This document shows, piece after piece, positions 1-9,731 of a stretch of DNA of 64,000 bases (position 1 is its first letter; every line of letters starts with the position of its first letter). The stretch spans positions 107,755 to 171,754 of the forward strand of contig LJZQ01000005.1 in assembly GCA_001314845.1 (NCBI GenBank), given 5' to 3'. Position numbers and translations under genes: made by a program. This DNA comes from Marinobacter excellens HL-55. Its GTDB lineage: Bacteria; Pseudomonadota; Gammaproteobacteria; Pseudomonadales; Oleiphilaceae. The notes under the pieces were generated by a model. The model was not told where the DNA came from. It worked only from the letters and a program-made list of their open reading frames with translations, and made no database searches.

Positions 1-1
1 A

Positions 2-280
2 TTGCTTAAGTCTGTTCAGCAGAGTCAACAATCCGGCGGACAGGATGATATTGGCCTGGTGCTTGAGCCCAACATGGTCGAAAAGCTGCAACGTTCTCTT
101 CAGGACAGCGTTCAGCGCCAGGAAATGTTGGGCAAGCCCGCCATCCTGCTGGTTTCCGGGCCGTTGCGGCCAGTGCTGGCGAAGTTCGCCAGCTACGGGG
201 TAGAGCGCTTGCACGTGCTCTCGTACCAGGAAATCCCGGATAACAAACAGATCACGATAGTCGCCTCTGTTGGCCAGTAA
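2..280 (+). CDS. flhA: Flagellar export gate protein FlhA, C-terminal fragment (gene starts before the window)
   Basis: C-terminus ...LRPVLAKFASYGVERLHVLSYQEIPDNKQITIVASVG matches the FHIPEP/FlhA end; directly upstream of flhF. Confidence 0.95.
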   Translation: MLKSVQQSQQSGGQDDIGLVLEPNMVEKLQRSLQDSVQRQEMLGKPAILLVSGPLRPVLAKFASYGVERLHVLSYQEIPDNKQITIVASVGQ

Positions 281-337
281 GGCGTGCAGAGCAACGCGGT
301 TAGCCGGATACGGCTTGCCGGTGGAGGATGAGGCATC

Positions 338-1666
338 ATGAAAGTACAACGGTTTTTTGCAAAATCCATGGCCGAGGCTCTCAAGCAGGTCAGTCATGAA
401 ATGGGACCCGATGCCGTTATTCTGTCCAATCGACGGGTGGATGGGGGTGTCGAAATTGTGACAGCCCTGGATTATGACGAAAACATGGCGCGCCAGCGCC
501 TTGGCGAAAAGGCCGCGCAGGCGACCAATGGCTCCAGATTGGCGGAAATGCAGGCCGATCAGCATCGCCGCCTGGAGGAGGAGTTGGATCGCTCCCGCAG
601 CCGGATCCGGGAGGTGCGCGAAAAGCGCGCCAGCGCGGGTTCTGATTTTGGTCGCGCTATGACGGGTGGGCATGCTGAGGCAGCGTCTCCCGATGGCTTG
701 TTTGACTCCGCTCGTGGTAATCACGACGCCGATATGGCGACCGTTGCGCACACGGGCGGTTATTCCGGTGAGCTTGCGACCATGAGGGCAGAGATCAACT
801 CCCTCAGGGAACTGGTCAGCGGCCGGGCGCCTGTTGCTGAGTCTGCGAGCACGGTGAATCCAGCCAGCGCCGTTCAGCAGCGGTTGGCTGAGCGACTTCA
901 GGAGTTTGGTCTTGGCGCTGAGCTGTCGACTTCTGTGTCGCGTCAGCATCGTGCTGGCCTCCTCGAGGACGGCTGGAAACAGTCTCTCAAAATGCTGGCA
1001 ACCGGTGTCAGAACGGCTCGAGAGCATTGGCTTGAGGCCGGCGGGGTCTTCGCACTGGTCGGGCCTACCGGTTCCGGAAAAACCACCACCATTGGCAAGT
1101 TGGCGGCCCGCTACGTGCTGGAGCACGGCCCGGATTCATTGGCGCTGGTGACCACGGATCGCTACCGAGTGGCGGCTCATGAGCAGTTGTTCGTGTTCGG
1201 CAGAATCCTTAATGTGCCGGTACGAGTGGTTGACGAAAGCCACTCGTTGGACGACATTCTGGATGAGCTGTCTGATCGCCATCTGGTTCTCATTGATACC
1301 GCCGGGCTGACCAGCTCTGATCGCGGTTACCAGGAACAACTGGCGGAGTTGGCCCGTAGCGATCACAATATTCGTACGCACCTGGTGGTGTCTGCTACCA
1401 GTCAGCCACGTATCATGAAATCCGTGTGGCATTGCTATAAGATGGCAAACCTTGCAGGGTGCGTCATGACCAAGATTGATGAGGCCCTGACCTTGGGCGA
1501 ATCATTGGGCTTTGTCATGGAAACCGGGTTGCCGGTGGCCTGGTACACTGATGGTCAGAAGATCCCGGAAGACCTGCATCGTGCGGAAGCGATTCCGCTG
1601 GTGCGAATGGGCGTTGAGCGCCTGAAAACATTGCAGCGCGATCAGGCCGTTGCGGAAGGGGCCTGA
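338..1666 (+). CDS. flhF: SRP-family GTPase FlhF
   Basis: N-term MKVQRFFAKSMAEALKQV; G1 GPTGSGKTTT; DTAG; TKIDE; position flhA-flhF-fleN. Confidence 0.97.
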   Translation: MKVQRFFAKSMAEALKQVSHEMGPDAVILSNRRVDGGVEIVTALDYDENMARQRLGEKAAQATNGSRLAEMQADQHRRLEEELDRSRSRIREVREKRASAGSDFGRAMTGGHAEAASPDGLFDSARGNHDADMATVAHTGGYSGELATMRAEINSLRELVSGRAPVAESASTVNPASAVQQRLAERLQEFGLGAELSTSVSRQHRAGLLEDGWKQSLKMLATGVRTAREHWLEAGGVFALVGPTGSGKTTTIGKLAARYVLEHGPDSLALVTTDRYRVAAHEQLFVFGRILNVPVRVVDESHSLDDILDELSDRHLVLIDTAGLTSSDRGYQEQLAELARSDHNIRTHLVVSATSQPRIMKSVWHCYKMANLAGCVMTKIDEALTLGESLGFVMETGLPVAWYTDGQKIPEDLHRAEAIPLVRMGVERLKTLQRDQAVAEGA

Positions 1667-1729
1667 TGGCCGGGCCTCACTTACCAGCCCTGCGCCGACA
1701 CAAGAACGCAGTAAGAGACTGAAAACAGT

Positions 1730-2542
1730 ATGAGCAGATCACATCCGGTTCAGGTGATTGCAGTTACCGGCGGCAAGGGCGGTGTCGGTAAGAGCAACGT
1801 GTCCGTCAACCTCGGTATCGCGCTGGCCCAAAAGGGCAGGCGAGTGGTTTTGCTGGACGCGGATCTTGGTCTTGCCAATATTGACGTTTTGCTTGGTATA
1901 ACAGCCAATCGAAACATTCACGACGTGTTGAACGGCGAGTGTGATCTCAAGGATGTGCTGGTGAATGGTCCCGGTGGCATCAAGATTGTGCCGGCGTCGT
2001 CTGGTACCCAGCGGATGACCCAGTTGAGCCCCATGGAACATGCCGGACTGATCAACGCCTTCAGCGAGCTGGGCGATCAGATTGATGTGTTGATTGTCGA
2101 CACGGCCGCAGGTATCTCCGAATCGGTGGTAAGCTTCCTCCGGGCATCTCAGGAGCTGCTGCTGGTGGTTTGTGATGAGCCAACGTCCATTACCGATGCC
2201 TACGCCCTGATCAAGCTGATGAATCGAGATTACGGTACTGACCGCTTCCGCATTCTGGCAAACCAGGTGCGCAACGAGCAGGAAGGTCGGCATCTGTACG
2301 AAAAACTGACCCGTGTCACCGAGCGTTTTCTCGATGTGGCGCTACAATATGTTGGTATCGTGCCTTACGACGAAGCCGTGAAAAAAGCGGTGCAGCGACA
2401 GCGGGCAGTACTGGACGCCTATCCACGGGCCAAGGCCTCATTGGCGATTCGTGCGCTCGCGGATAAAGTGGACAGCTGGCCGTTACCTTCCTCTCCTCGG
2501 GGGCATCTCGAGTTCTTTGTGGAGCGGCTCGTCGAAGCCTGA
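1730..2542 (+). CDS. fleN: MinD-like flagellar number regulator FleN/FlhG
   Basis: Deviant Walker A GKGGVGKS, DADLGLAN, DTAAG; between flhF and fliA. Confidence 0.96.
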   Translation: MSRSHPVQVIAVTGGKGGVGKSNVSVNLGIALAQKGRRVVLLDADLGLANIDVLLGITANRNIHDVLNGECDLKDVLVNGPGGIKIVPASSGTQRMTQLSPMEHAGLINAFSELGDQIDVLIVDTAAGISESVVSFLRASQELLLVVCDEPTSITDAYALIKLMNRDYGTDRFRILANQVRNEQEGRHLYEKLTRVTERFLDVALQYVGIVPYDEAVKKAVQRQRAVLDAYPRAKASLAIRALADKVDSWPLPSSPRGHLEFFVERLVEA

Positions 2543-2573
2543 TCTGAATCCAGTCCAATAAGAAACCGGATAC

Positions 2574-3317
2574 ATGACATTGGCGAAAGATCTGGGAATC
2601 TATCATCAGGGCAGCGCAGAAGGTGCTTCAGCACTCATTGAAGAGCATGCGCCGCTGGTCAAGAAAATCGCCCTTCATCTGATGGCCCGCCTCCCGGCCT
2701 CGGTTCAGCTCGAAGATCTGATGCAAGCCGGCATGATCGGCTTGTTGGAAGCTGCGCAGCGTTATTCCTCTGGTAAAGGCGCCACCTTTGAAACCTATGC
2801 GGGTATCCGGATACGCGGTGCCATGGTTGATGAGATTCGCAAGGGTGATTGGGTACCGCGGTCTGTGCACCGCAATGCGCGGCGTATTGCGGCTGCGATC
2901 AAGACAGTAGAAGACCGCAATGGGCGGGAAGCTCAGGATGCTGACGTTGCCGAAGAGCTCGGAATTGAGTTAAGCAAATACCATGCCTCTTTGGCCGACG
3001 CCAACAGCGGTAGACTTTTTAGCCTCGATGAGCTCAATGAATCCGGCGAGCTGCCGATACAAGAAGCAGAAGCCAGCGATAACCCGCTGGACGGCTTTGC
3101 GAGCGGAGCCTTTCAGAAAAGTCTGGCAGAGGCCATTGAGGCGCTTCCAGAGCGGGAAAAACTGGTGCTGAGCCTGTATTACCAGGAGGAACTCAACCTC
3201 AAGGAAATCGGCGCAGTGCTGGGAGTCAGTGAAAGCCGTGTCAGCCAGATTCACAGTCAGGCTGCTCTGCGCCTGAGAGGGCGCTTATCGGATTGGCGTG
3301 AAGATGACACTGAATAG
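2574..3317 (+). CDS. fliA: Flagellar sigma factor sigma28
   Basis: EDLMQAGMIGLLEAA, FETYAGIRIRGAMVDEIRKGDWVPRS, region 4 LKEIGAVLGVSESRVSQIH. Confidence 0.98.
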   Translation: MTLAKDLGIYHQGSAEGASALIEEHAPLVKKIALHLMARLPASVQLEDLMQAGMIGLLEAAQRYSSGKGATFETYAGIRIRGAMVDEIRKGDWVPRSVHRNARRIAAAIKTVEDRNGREAQDADVAEELGIELSKYHASLADANSGRLFSLDELNESGELPIQEAEASDNPLDGFASGAFQKSLAEAIEALPEREKLVLSLYYQEELNLKEIGAVLGVSESRVSQIHSQAALRLRGRLSDWREDDTE

Positions 3318-3473
3318 ACGGGGGTTGTTGGCTTCGCCAGCCAGATCCTGTGTAGATTTTGGTAACCGGCGCTTTACAACGCGGCCAAACACCACACAAT
3401 AAGCGGTTAACGCAGCGGCCTGCTAGACTTTAAAGGCTGAATGAAATCCGGGTGTTACTGACTGGAGGTCCCA

Positions 3474-3857
3474 TTGGACAAGAACATGAAAATTCTCATT
3501 GTGGATGACTTTTCCACAATGCGGCGAATCATCAAGAACCTGCTCCGTGATCTTGGCTTCACCAATACTGATGAAGCGGATGACGGCAACACTGCGTTAC
3601 CCATGCTTAGAAGCGGCAAATACGACTTCCTGGTGACTGACTGGAACATGCCTGGTATGTCAGGTTTTGATCTTCTGAAAGCGGTGCGAGCCGACGAGAA
3701 CCTGAAGAATCTGCCGGTACTGATGGTGACGGCTGAAGCCAAGCGCGATCAAATCGTGGCGGCAGCGCAGGCGGGCGTAAACGGCTATGTAGTCAAGCCC
3801 TTTACGGCGGCAGTGCTGAAGGAAAAGATCGAAAAAATCTTCGAGCGAATCCAGTAA
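3474..3857 (+). CDS. cheY: Chemotaxis response regulator CheY (TTG start)
   Basis: [25 protein letters not shown]; GGAGG RBS upstream of the TTG. Confidence 0.98.
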   Translation: MDKNMKILIVDDFSTMRRIIKNLLRDLGFTNTDEADDGNTALPMLRSGKYDFLVTDWNMPGMSGFDLLKAVRADENLKNLPVLMVTAEAKRDQIVAAAQAGVNGYVVKPFTAAVLKEKIEKIFERIQ

Positions 3858-3868
3858 CCAAAGGTCGG

Positions 3869-4663
3869 ATGGCTGTCATGGGTGACAATAAAGAAAACCA
3901 TCAGGGCCTAGATCCGGAGGTGATCGACAAACTCCGGCAGCAGAGTTCCGAGTTGGCTGAAAGTATCAGTTCCGGTGATCATGCCCGCGCTATGTCTGTG
4001 ATCAGTGATTTGAGTGAGGTTCGTGATCAGAGCCTCTATCGGGAAGTGGGGCGCCTGACCCGGAGCCTGCATGAGGCTATCCGGAATTTCCAGATAGATC
4101 CCCGTAGCCCTGAACAAAAAGAAGCCCTGTCAAAAATGTCGGACGCTTCGGACAGGTTGGCTTATGTGGTTCAAATGACCAGTCAAGCAGCCAACCGCAC
4201 CATGGATCTGGTGGAAGAGAGTATGCCAGCGGCGCACACCATGCGTGATGAGGCCACAGCGTTACATGAAGAATGGCAAAGGCTGCGCCGCCGGGAAATC
4301 GAGCCCGCAGAATTCCGGGAGCTTTATGGTCGTATCGATCGCTTTTTTGCAGCCCTGACCACCGACTCCGACATGCTTTACAACAACTTGTCGGAAATTC
4401 TTTTGGCGCAGGATTTTCAGGATCTGACCGGTCAGGTGATCCAGAAAGTCACAGCCCTGGTCAAAGAGATGGAAGAGAATCTGCTGGGTTTGGTGGTCAT
4501 GGCGAGCCATGTTGACCAGTTGACCGGCACCGTTCACCAGATTGATGAAAAAGAAGAGTCTGCCGAGCAAGGGGAGGGCCCACAGATCAAGGCTCAAGAG
4601 CGGGAAGATGTAGTTTCGGGGCAGGACGACGTAGACGACCTGTTGTCCAGTCTCGGTTTCTGA
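3869..4663 (+). CDS. cheZ: CheY-P phosphatase CheZ
   Basis: AQDFQDLTGQVI motif and C-terminal QDDVDDLLSSLGF. Confidence 0.97.
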   Translation: MAVMGDNKENHQGLDPEVIDKLRQQSSELAESISSGDHARAMSVISDLSEVRDQSLYREVGRLTRSLHEAIRNFQIDPRSPEQKEALSKMSDASDRLAYVVQMTSQAANRTMDLVEESMPAAHTMRDEATALHEEWQRLRRREIEPAEFRELYGRIDRFFAALTTDSDMLYNNLSEILLAQDFQDLTGQVIQKVTALVKEMEENLLGLVVMASHVDQLTGTVHQIDEKEESAEQGEGPQIKAQEREDVVSGQDDVDDLLSSLGF

Positions 4664-4682
4664 ACGATGAAGAGGGTGACGC

Positions 4683-6788
4683 ATGGCCTTTGATGCCGAC
4701 GAAGAGATTCTGCAGGACTTCCTGGTTGAAGCCGGCGAGATTCTCGAAAAGCTGTCTGAGCAATTGGTGGATCTGGAGCGACATCCGGATGACAGCGATC
4801 TGCTCAATGCCATCTTCCGTGGTTTCCACACGGTAAAAGGCGGTGCCGGCTTCCTGCAGTTGGAGGCACTGGTCAATTGCTGTCACTCTGCTGAAAACGT
4901 TTTTGATATTCTGCGCAATCACAAGCGCAAGGTAACCTCTGAGTTGATGGACGTAGTGCTTGAAGCCCTGGACTACGTCAACACCATGTTTGATCAGGTG
5001 CGTAACCAGGAAGAGCCAACACCCGCCCCGGACGCCCTGATTGCGGCACTGGATGCCCTGGCCAAACCTGAATCTGAAAATGCAGCTCCTGCGCAGAGCA
5101 AAAGCCACCCTGAGCCAGAGGCGGACACCGCTGGCGGCGAGGGTGACTCCGGCGACATCACTGACGAAGAGTTTGAGCGCTTGCTTGATGCCCTGGCTGA
5201 TGACAAGGACGCAAGCACAACACCGGATGTCAGTCCGGAAGCCCCGGTTGCCAGTGATGAAAGCTCGGGCAGTGATGAGATCTCCGATGACGAGTTTGAA
5301 GCCTTGCTTGATCAGCTGCACGGCAAAGGCCAGTTTGCGGGACCGCCCGTCGCGGAGGACGGAACTGATGGGGTCGCCAGTAACGACAGTGCGCAAACCG
5401 AAGAGCCGGCTGGTGATCCGAATCTGATCACCGACGACGAATTTGAAAATCTGCTGGATGAACTGCACGGCAAAGGCAAGAGCCCGAACGCTTCCGGTGC
5501 CGAGCCGACACCGGCAGACAAACCCAAAGCGAGCGCCAAGCCAAAGCCAGAAGCGGCCAAGCCTGAGCCGAAAGCTGCCAGCAAGCCAGCCGCACCGGCA
5601 GCGCCACCGAGAGACGCGGCACCGGTTGCGGAAACCACCGTTCGGGTCGATACCAAGCGCCTCGACGACATCATGAACATGGTTGGCGAGCTGGTACTGG
5701 TCCGTAACCGCTTGCAGCGCCTGGGTTCAGAGAGTGAAGATGAACACATGCACAAGGCGGTCGGTAACCTGGATGTGGTGACGACCGATTTGCAGGCGGC
5801 GGTGATGCAAACCCGCATGCAGCCCATCAAAAAGGTATTTGGCCGGTTCCCCAGAGTTGTCCGGGATCTGGCTCGCGGCCTGAAAAAAGAAATCAATCTG
5901 GTCATGCATGGTGAAGAAACCGATCTCGACAAGAATCTGGTCGAAGCCTTGTCTGATCCACTGGTCCATCTGGTGCGCAACTCGGTGGATCACGGTATCG
6001 AAGGTCCGGATGTTCGGGAAAAGGCCGGTAAGCCCCGCGCCGGTACCGTGACCCTGTCGGCTGAGCAGGAGGGTGATCACATTCTGCTGTCGATCACCGA
6101 TGATGGTGCCGGTATGGATCCGAATGTGCTGCGCCGTAAGGCGGTTGAAAAAGGTCTGTACGATCAGGATGCCGCCGACCGACTGACGGACAACGAATGC
6201 TTTAACCTGATTTTTGCCGCCGGTTTCTCGACCAAAGAGCAGATATCCGACGTGTCTGGTCGGGGCGTTGGTATGGATGTGGTTAAAACCAAGATTGGCC
6301 AGCTCAACGGCCAGATTACCATCGAGTCGGAACAGGGCAAGGGCACCAGCATCATTATCAAGGTGCCGCTCACGCTCGCCATCATGCCCACGCTGATGAT
6401 CATGCTGGGTGATCAGTCTTTCGCGTTACCGTTGGTGAACGTGGTAGAAATTTTCCATCTGGATCTGACCAAGACCAACATTGTGGATGGTCGTGAATGC
6501 ATCGTTGTCCGTGACAAGGTGTTCCCGCTGTTTCACGTCAAGCGCTGGCTGATCAAAGGCTCTGCCGGTCAGCAAGAGCCGGAAAACGCCCATGTGGTCA
6601 TTGTTGCCATGGGCACCAAGCAGGTCGGCTTTGTGGTAGACCAACTGGTCGGCCAGGAGGAAGTGGTTATCAAACCACTGGGTCGGGCGTTGCAAGGTAC
6701 GCCGGGCATGGCCGGCGCCACGATTACCGGTGATGGTCGCATAGCCTTGATCATCGATGTGCCCAGTCTCTTGCAACATTATGGCTAG
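4683..6788 (+). CDS. cheA: Chemotaxis histidine kinase CheA
   Basis: Hpt IFRGFHTVKGGAG, dimerisation VRVDTKRLD, HLVRNSVDHG, GRGVGMDVV, C-terminal CheW-like domain. Confidence 0.98.
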   Translation: MAFDADEEILQDFLVEAGEILEKLSEQLVDLERHPDDSDLLNAIFRGFHTVKGGAGFLQLEALVNCCHSAENVFDILRNHKRKVTSELMDVVLEALDYVNTMFDQVRNQEEPTPAPDALIAALDALAKPESENAAPAQSKSHPEPEADTAGGEGDSGDITDEEFERLLDALADDKDASTTPDVSPEAPVASDESSGSDEISDDEFEALLDQLHGKGQFAGPPVAEDGTDGVASNDSAQTEEPAGDPNLITDDEFENLLDELHGKGKSPNASGAEPTPADKPKASAKPKPEAAKPEPKAASKPAAPAAPPRDAAPVAETTVRVDTKRLDDIMNMVGELVLVRNRLQRLGSESEDEHMHKAVGNLDVVTTDLQAAVMQTRMQPIKKVFGRFPRVVRDLARGLKKEINLVMHGEETDLDKNLVEALSDPLVHLVRNSVDHGIEGPDVREKAGKPRAGTVTLSAEQEGDHILLSITDDGAGMDPNVLRRKAVEKGLYDQDAADRLTDNECFNLIFAAGFSTKEQISDVSGRGVGMDVVKTKIGQLNGQITIESEQGKGTSIIIKVPLTLAIMPTLMIMLGDQSFALPLVNVVEIFHLDLTKTNIVDGRECIVVRDKVFPLFHVKRWLIKGSAGQQEPENAHVVIVAMGTKQVGFVVDQLVGQEEVVIKPLGRALQGTPGMAGATITGDGRIALIIDVPSLLQHYG

Positions 6789-6829
6789 GGTAGCCGGCGG
6801 CAGATATCGGGATTTTTTAGGAGATATGG

Positions 6830-8002
6830 ATGACAGTTTCTGTCCTGGTCGTTGATGATTCAGGCTTTTTTCGCAAACGGCTGACGGAAATTCTGACCGC
6901 TTCTGGCCAGATTAAAGTTGTTGGTGCTGCCACCAACGGCCGGGAAGGTGTCGAGCTGGCTGAAAAGCTGCGCCCGGACGTGATCACCATGGATTACGAA
7001 ATGCCCGTCATGGACGGCATCTCGGCAGTCCGTGAAATCATGAAAAAGCACCCGATCCCGGTATTGATGTTCTCTTCGCTGACCTATGAAGGCGCCAGGG
7101 TTACTCTGGATGCCCTGGAGGCGGGAGCGGTCGATTTTCTGCCGAAAAACTTTGAAGAAATCGCCCGGGATACCAGCCAGCTCCAGAAGATTCTGATTGA
7201 CCGGATTCTGGACGTTGCCGGCAGTAAGCCACGTCATTCTTCACCCACAGCGCCATCATCCTCGCCGCGCCCGCCAGCTTCCAAGCCCGCTGATCGGTCG
7301 CCAGGTGTTGCCAAACCACTGGAGCGGCCAGTGCGACCGGCTGTTGAGCGGCCCGCGTTGTCAGAACGTCGTCCAGAGTCGGCGAGAGAGCCTGAAGCGC
7401 CTAGACGACCCTCCCGCAAAACCCCTGCCAGGCATTACAGTGTGGTCGCCATCGGCACCTCTACAGGCGGACCAGTGGCTTTGCAGAAAGTGCTGACGGC
7501 CTTGCCGGCTTCGTTTCCTGCGCCACTGGTGCTTGTGCAACATATGCCGGCGAGTTTTACCCCGGCTTTTGCCGAGCGTCTGAACAAGCTCTGTCAAATT
7601 GAAGTGAGGCAAGCGGAAGACGGCGATGTATTGCGGCCCGGGCTGGCTCTGCTTGCCCCCGGTGGCAAACAGATGATGGTCGAAAGCCGCGGTGGCCAGG
7701 CAAGAGTGCGGATACTGCCGGGTGACGAGCGACTGAACTACAAGCCTTGCGCTGACGTCACCTTTGGCTCTCTGGCCCGGAGTTTTCCGGGCAAAACGCT
7801 TGGGGTGATACTGACCGGCATGGGGGCAGATGGTAAAGAAGGCTGCCGGATGATGAAGCAATCTGGTTCGGTGATCTGGTCTCAGGATGAAAAAACATCG
7901 GTGATCTACGGCATGCCGATGGCCGTGGCGAAGGCAGGCCTGACCGACGAAGTGCTGCCCCTGGAAGAGATTGGCCCAAGGCTGGTTGAAGGCGTCAGCT
8001 AA
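6830..8002 (+). CDS. cheB: Chemotaxis methylesterase CheB
   Basis: REC domain, Pro-rich linker, IGTSTGGP, QHMP, LTGMGADG. Confidence 0.97.
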   Translation: MTVSVLVVDDSGFFRKRLTEILTASGQIKVVGAATNGREGVELAEKLRPDVITMDYEMPVMDGISAVREIMKKHPIPVLMFSSLTYEGARVTLDALEAGAVDFLPKNFEEIARDTSQLQKILIDRILDVAGSKPRHSSPTAPSSSPRPPASKPADRSPGVAKPLERPVRPAVERPALSERRPESAREPEAPRRPSRKTPARHYSVVAIGTSTGGPVALQKVLTALPASFPAPLVLVQHMPASFTPAFAERLNKLCQIEVRQAEDGDVLRPGLALLAPGGKQMMVESRGGQARVRILPGDERLNYKPCADVTFGSLARSFPGKTLGVILTGMGADGKEGCRMMKQSGSVIWSQDEKTSVIYGMPMAVAKAGLTDEVLPLEEIGPRLVEGVS

Positions 8003-8742
8003 TGGATATCCTGAGCCTGCTTGGCATCATCCTCGCGTTCGTTGCGATCCTCGGTGGCAACCTGCTGGAAGGCGGGGCAATGGGTTCTCTGTTCAACGCT
8101 CCGGCTGGTTTGATCGTGGTGGGTGGAACACTTGCAGCAACGATCCTGCAAACCTCCTGGCCCATGCTCAAGCGAGCATTGCGGCAGGTACGTTGGGTCT
8201 TTGTGCCGCCTTACATCAGCCTCGAGGATGGTATTGGCAAGGTCATCGACTGGAGTGTAAAAGCCCGTAAGCAAGGGCTCCTTGGCCTGGAAGGGTTGGC
8301 GGAGCGAGAGCCGGAAAAATTTGCCCGCAAAGGCCTGCAGTTGCTGGTAGACGGGGCCGAGCCCGAAGCCATTCGCAGCATTATGGAAGTGGATCTGGAA
8401 TCCCGGGAACAAAGTGATCTGGAAGCTGCCCGCATATACGAGGCCATGGGCGGCTACTCCCCGACGATCGGCATCATCGGCGCAGTCATGGGCCTGATCC
8501 AGGTAATGACCAATCTGGAAGACCCCCAGTCCTTGGGTAGTGGCATCGCCACAGCGTTTGTTGCGACCATATACGGCGTGGCACTGGCCAACCTGCTGTT
8601 CTTCCCGATTGCCAACAAACTCCGCAGTATTATCAAAGAACGCACCCGATACGAAGACATGATGATCGATGGCATCATAGCCATTGCCGAGGGCGAGAAC
8701 CCGAAATCCATTGAGCTGAGACTGCGGGGCTTTCTGCAGTAA
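8002..8742 (+). CDS. motC: Flagellar stator subunit, MotA family (MotC type)
   Basis: TM segments, GGYSPTIGIIGAVMGLI, ATIYGV; position cheB-motC-motD as in Pseudomonas. Confidence 0.88.
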   Translation: MDILSLLGIILAFVAILGGNLLEGGAMGSLFNAPAGLIVVGGTLAATILQTSWPMLKRALRQVRWVFVPPYISLEDGIGKVIDWSVKARKQGLLGLEGLAEREPEKFARKGLQLLVDGAEPEAIRSIMEVDLESREQSDLEAARIYEAMGGYSPTIGIIGAVMGLIQVMTNLEDPQSLGSGIATAFVATIYGVALANLLFFPIANKLRSIIKERTRYEDMMIDGIIAIAEGENPKSIELRLRGFLQ

Positions 8743-8760
8743 TCAGAGGCAGGGCAGTGT

Positions 8761-9543
8761 ATGCGTCGGCGCCGACCACCCCAGGACGACCTTCACAACA
8801 AAGAGCGTTGGCTGATTTCCTATGCGGATTTCATCACTCTTCTGTTTGCCTTTTTCGTGGTCATGTACTCGGTATCGTCGGTGAACGAGGGCAAGTACAA
8901 GGTCCTCTCGGAAACTCTCACGGGTGTGTTCAACGCCCCGCAGCGTTCAGTCCAGCCTATTCAGGTTGGCGAGCAGCCAGCTTACAATCCCGGTATAGCA
9001 GGTGAAGAGGTGATCCTGCCGCCCGTCACAGAAGTACCTCGCACGCCGGAATTGGACGCCGAAGGTCGGGTTGAAGCTCTGCGGGCTATGGCCGATCAGC
9101 TCACCCTGGAGTTTGATGAACTGATCAGTCAGGGCGTGGTCAGCCTGGAATCCAGTGAACAATGGCTGGAGCTTAACCTACCGAACAGCATGCTGTTCGG
9201 TAGCGGCGATGCTGAACCCCACTATGACGCCTTCCAGGTCATCGAGAAAATCGCTCTGGTGCTGCGTGATCGTGACAATGCCGTCAAGGTTGAGGGTTTC
9301 ACGGACAATCAACCGATTCGCACCAATCGCTTCCCGTCTAACTGGGAGTTGTCCAGCGCACGGGCTTCTGCGGTGGCCCGAATGCTGATGATGGAGGGCA
9401 TTGAGCCGGAGCGCCTGGCGGCCGTTGGCTATGGGCAGTATCAACCGGTTGCCAGAAATGATACCGACGAGGGCCGGCGCCGGAACCGTCGGGTGGTACT
9501 GCTTATCTCCCGGGACGCCAGCATTCGCGGAGCGGTGCGCTGA
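8761..9543 (+). CDS. motD: Flagellar stator subunit, MotB/OmpA family (MotD type)
   Basis: WLISYADFITLLFAFFVVMY; OmpA-like EGFTDN, NWELSSARA, NRRV. Confidence 0.88.
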   Translation: MRRRRPPQDDLHNKERWLISYADFITLLFAFFVVMYSVSSVNEGKYKVLSETLTGVFNAPQRSVQPIQVGEQPAYNPGIAGEEVILPPVTEVPRTPELDAEGRVEALRAMADQLTLEFDELISQGVVSLESSEQWLELNLPNSMLFGSGDAEPHYDAFQVIEKIALVLRDRDNAVKVEGFTDNQPIRTNRFPSNWELSSARASAVARMLMMEGIEPERLAAVGYGQYQPVARNDTDEGRRRNRRVVLLISRDASIRGAVR

Positions 9544-9650
9544 TGTAACGGTGGCAGTTGCGTATGGCCGATCTGGCATGCTTCCTGTATTACAGCTTGT
9601 TCAGAACCCCGATCGGCAAGGTTTTGCCGACCAGTGTCGGAATTTGGCGG

Positions 9651-9677
9651 TCAAGTTTCCGGCCGTCAGGCCGATAG
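9651..9677 (+). promoter_or_regulatory. sigma28 (FliA) promoter for parA-cheW-like-cheW
   Basis: TCAAGTTT-N11-GCCGATAG versus consensus TAAAGTTT-N11-GCCGATAA, 54 bp upstream of the parA GTG. Confidence 0.8.
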
Positions 9678-9731
9678 GGGAAATAGCTGCCGGCCGTTTG
9701 GTCGGACTTATCCTTTCGTGGAGAGACAAGA

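Noticed and set aside
3318-3473. Possible sigma28 promoter upstream of cheY (TAAAG at about 3431)
   Set aside because: Sequence at the -10 position (GGGTGTTA) does not resemble GCCGATAA
4587-5980. Long antisense and alternate-frame ORFs over cheA
   Set aside because: Shadow ORFs of a conserved gene; no independent RBS or motif evidence
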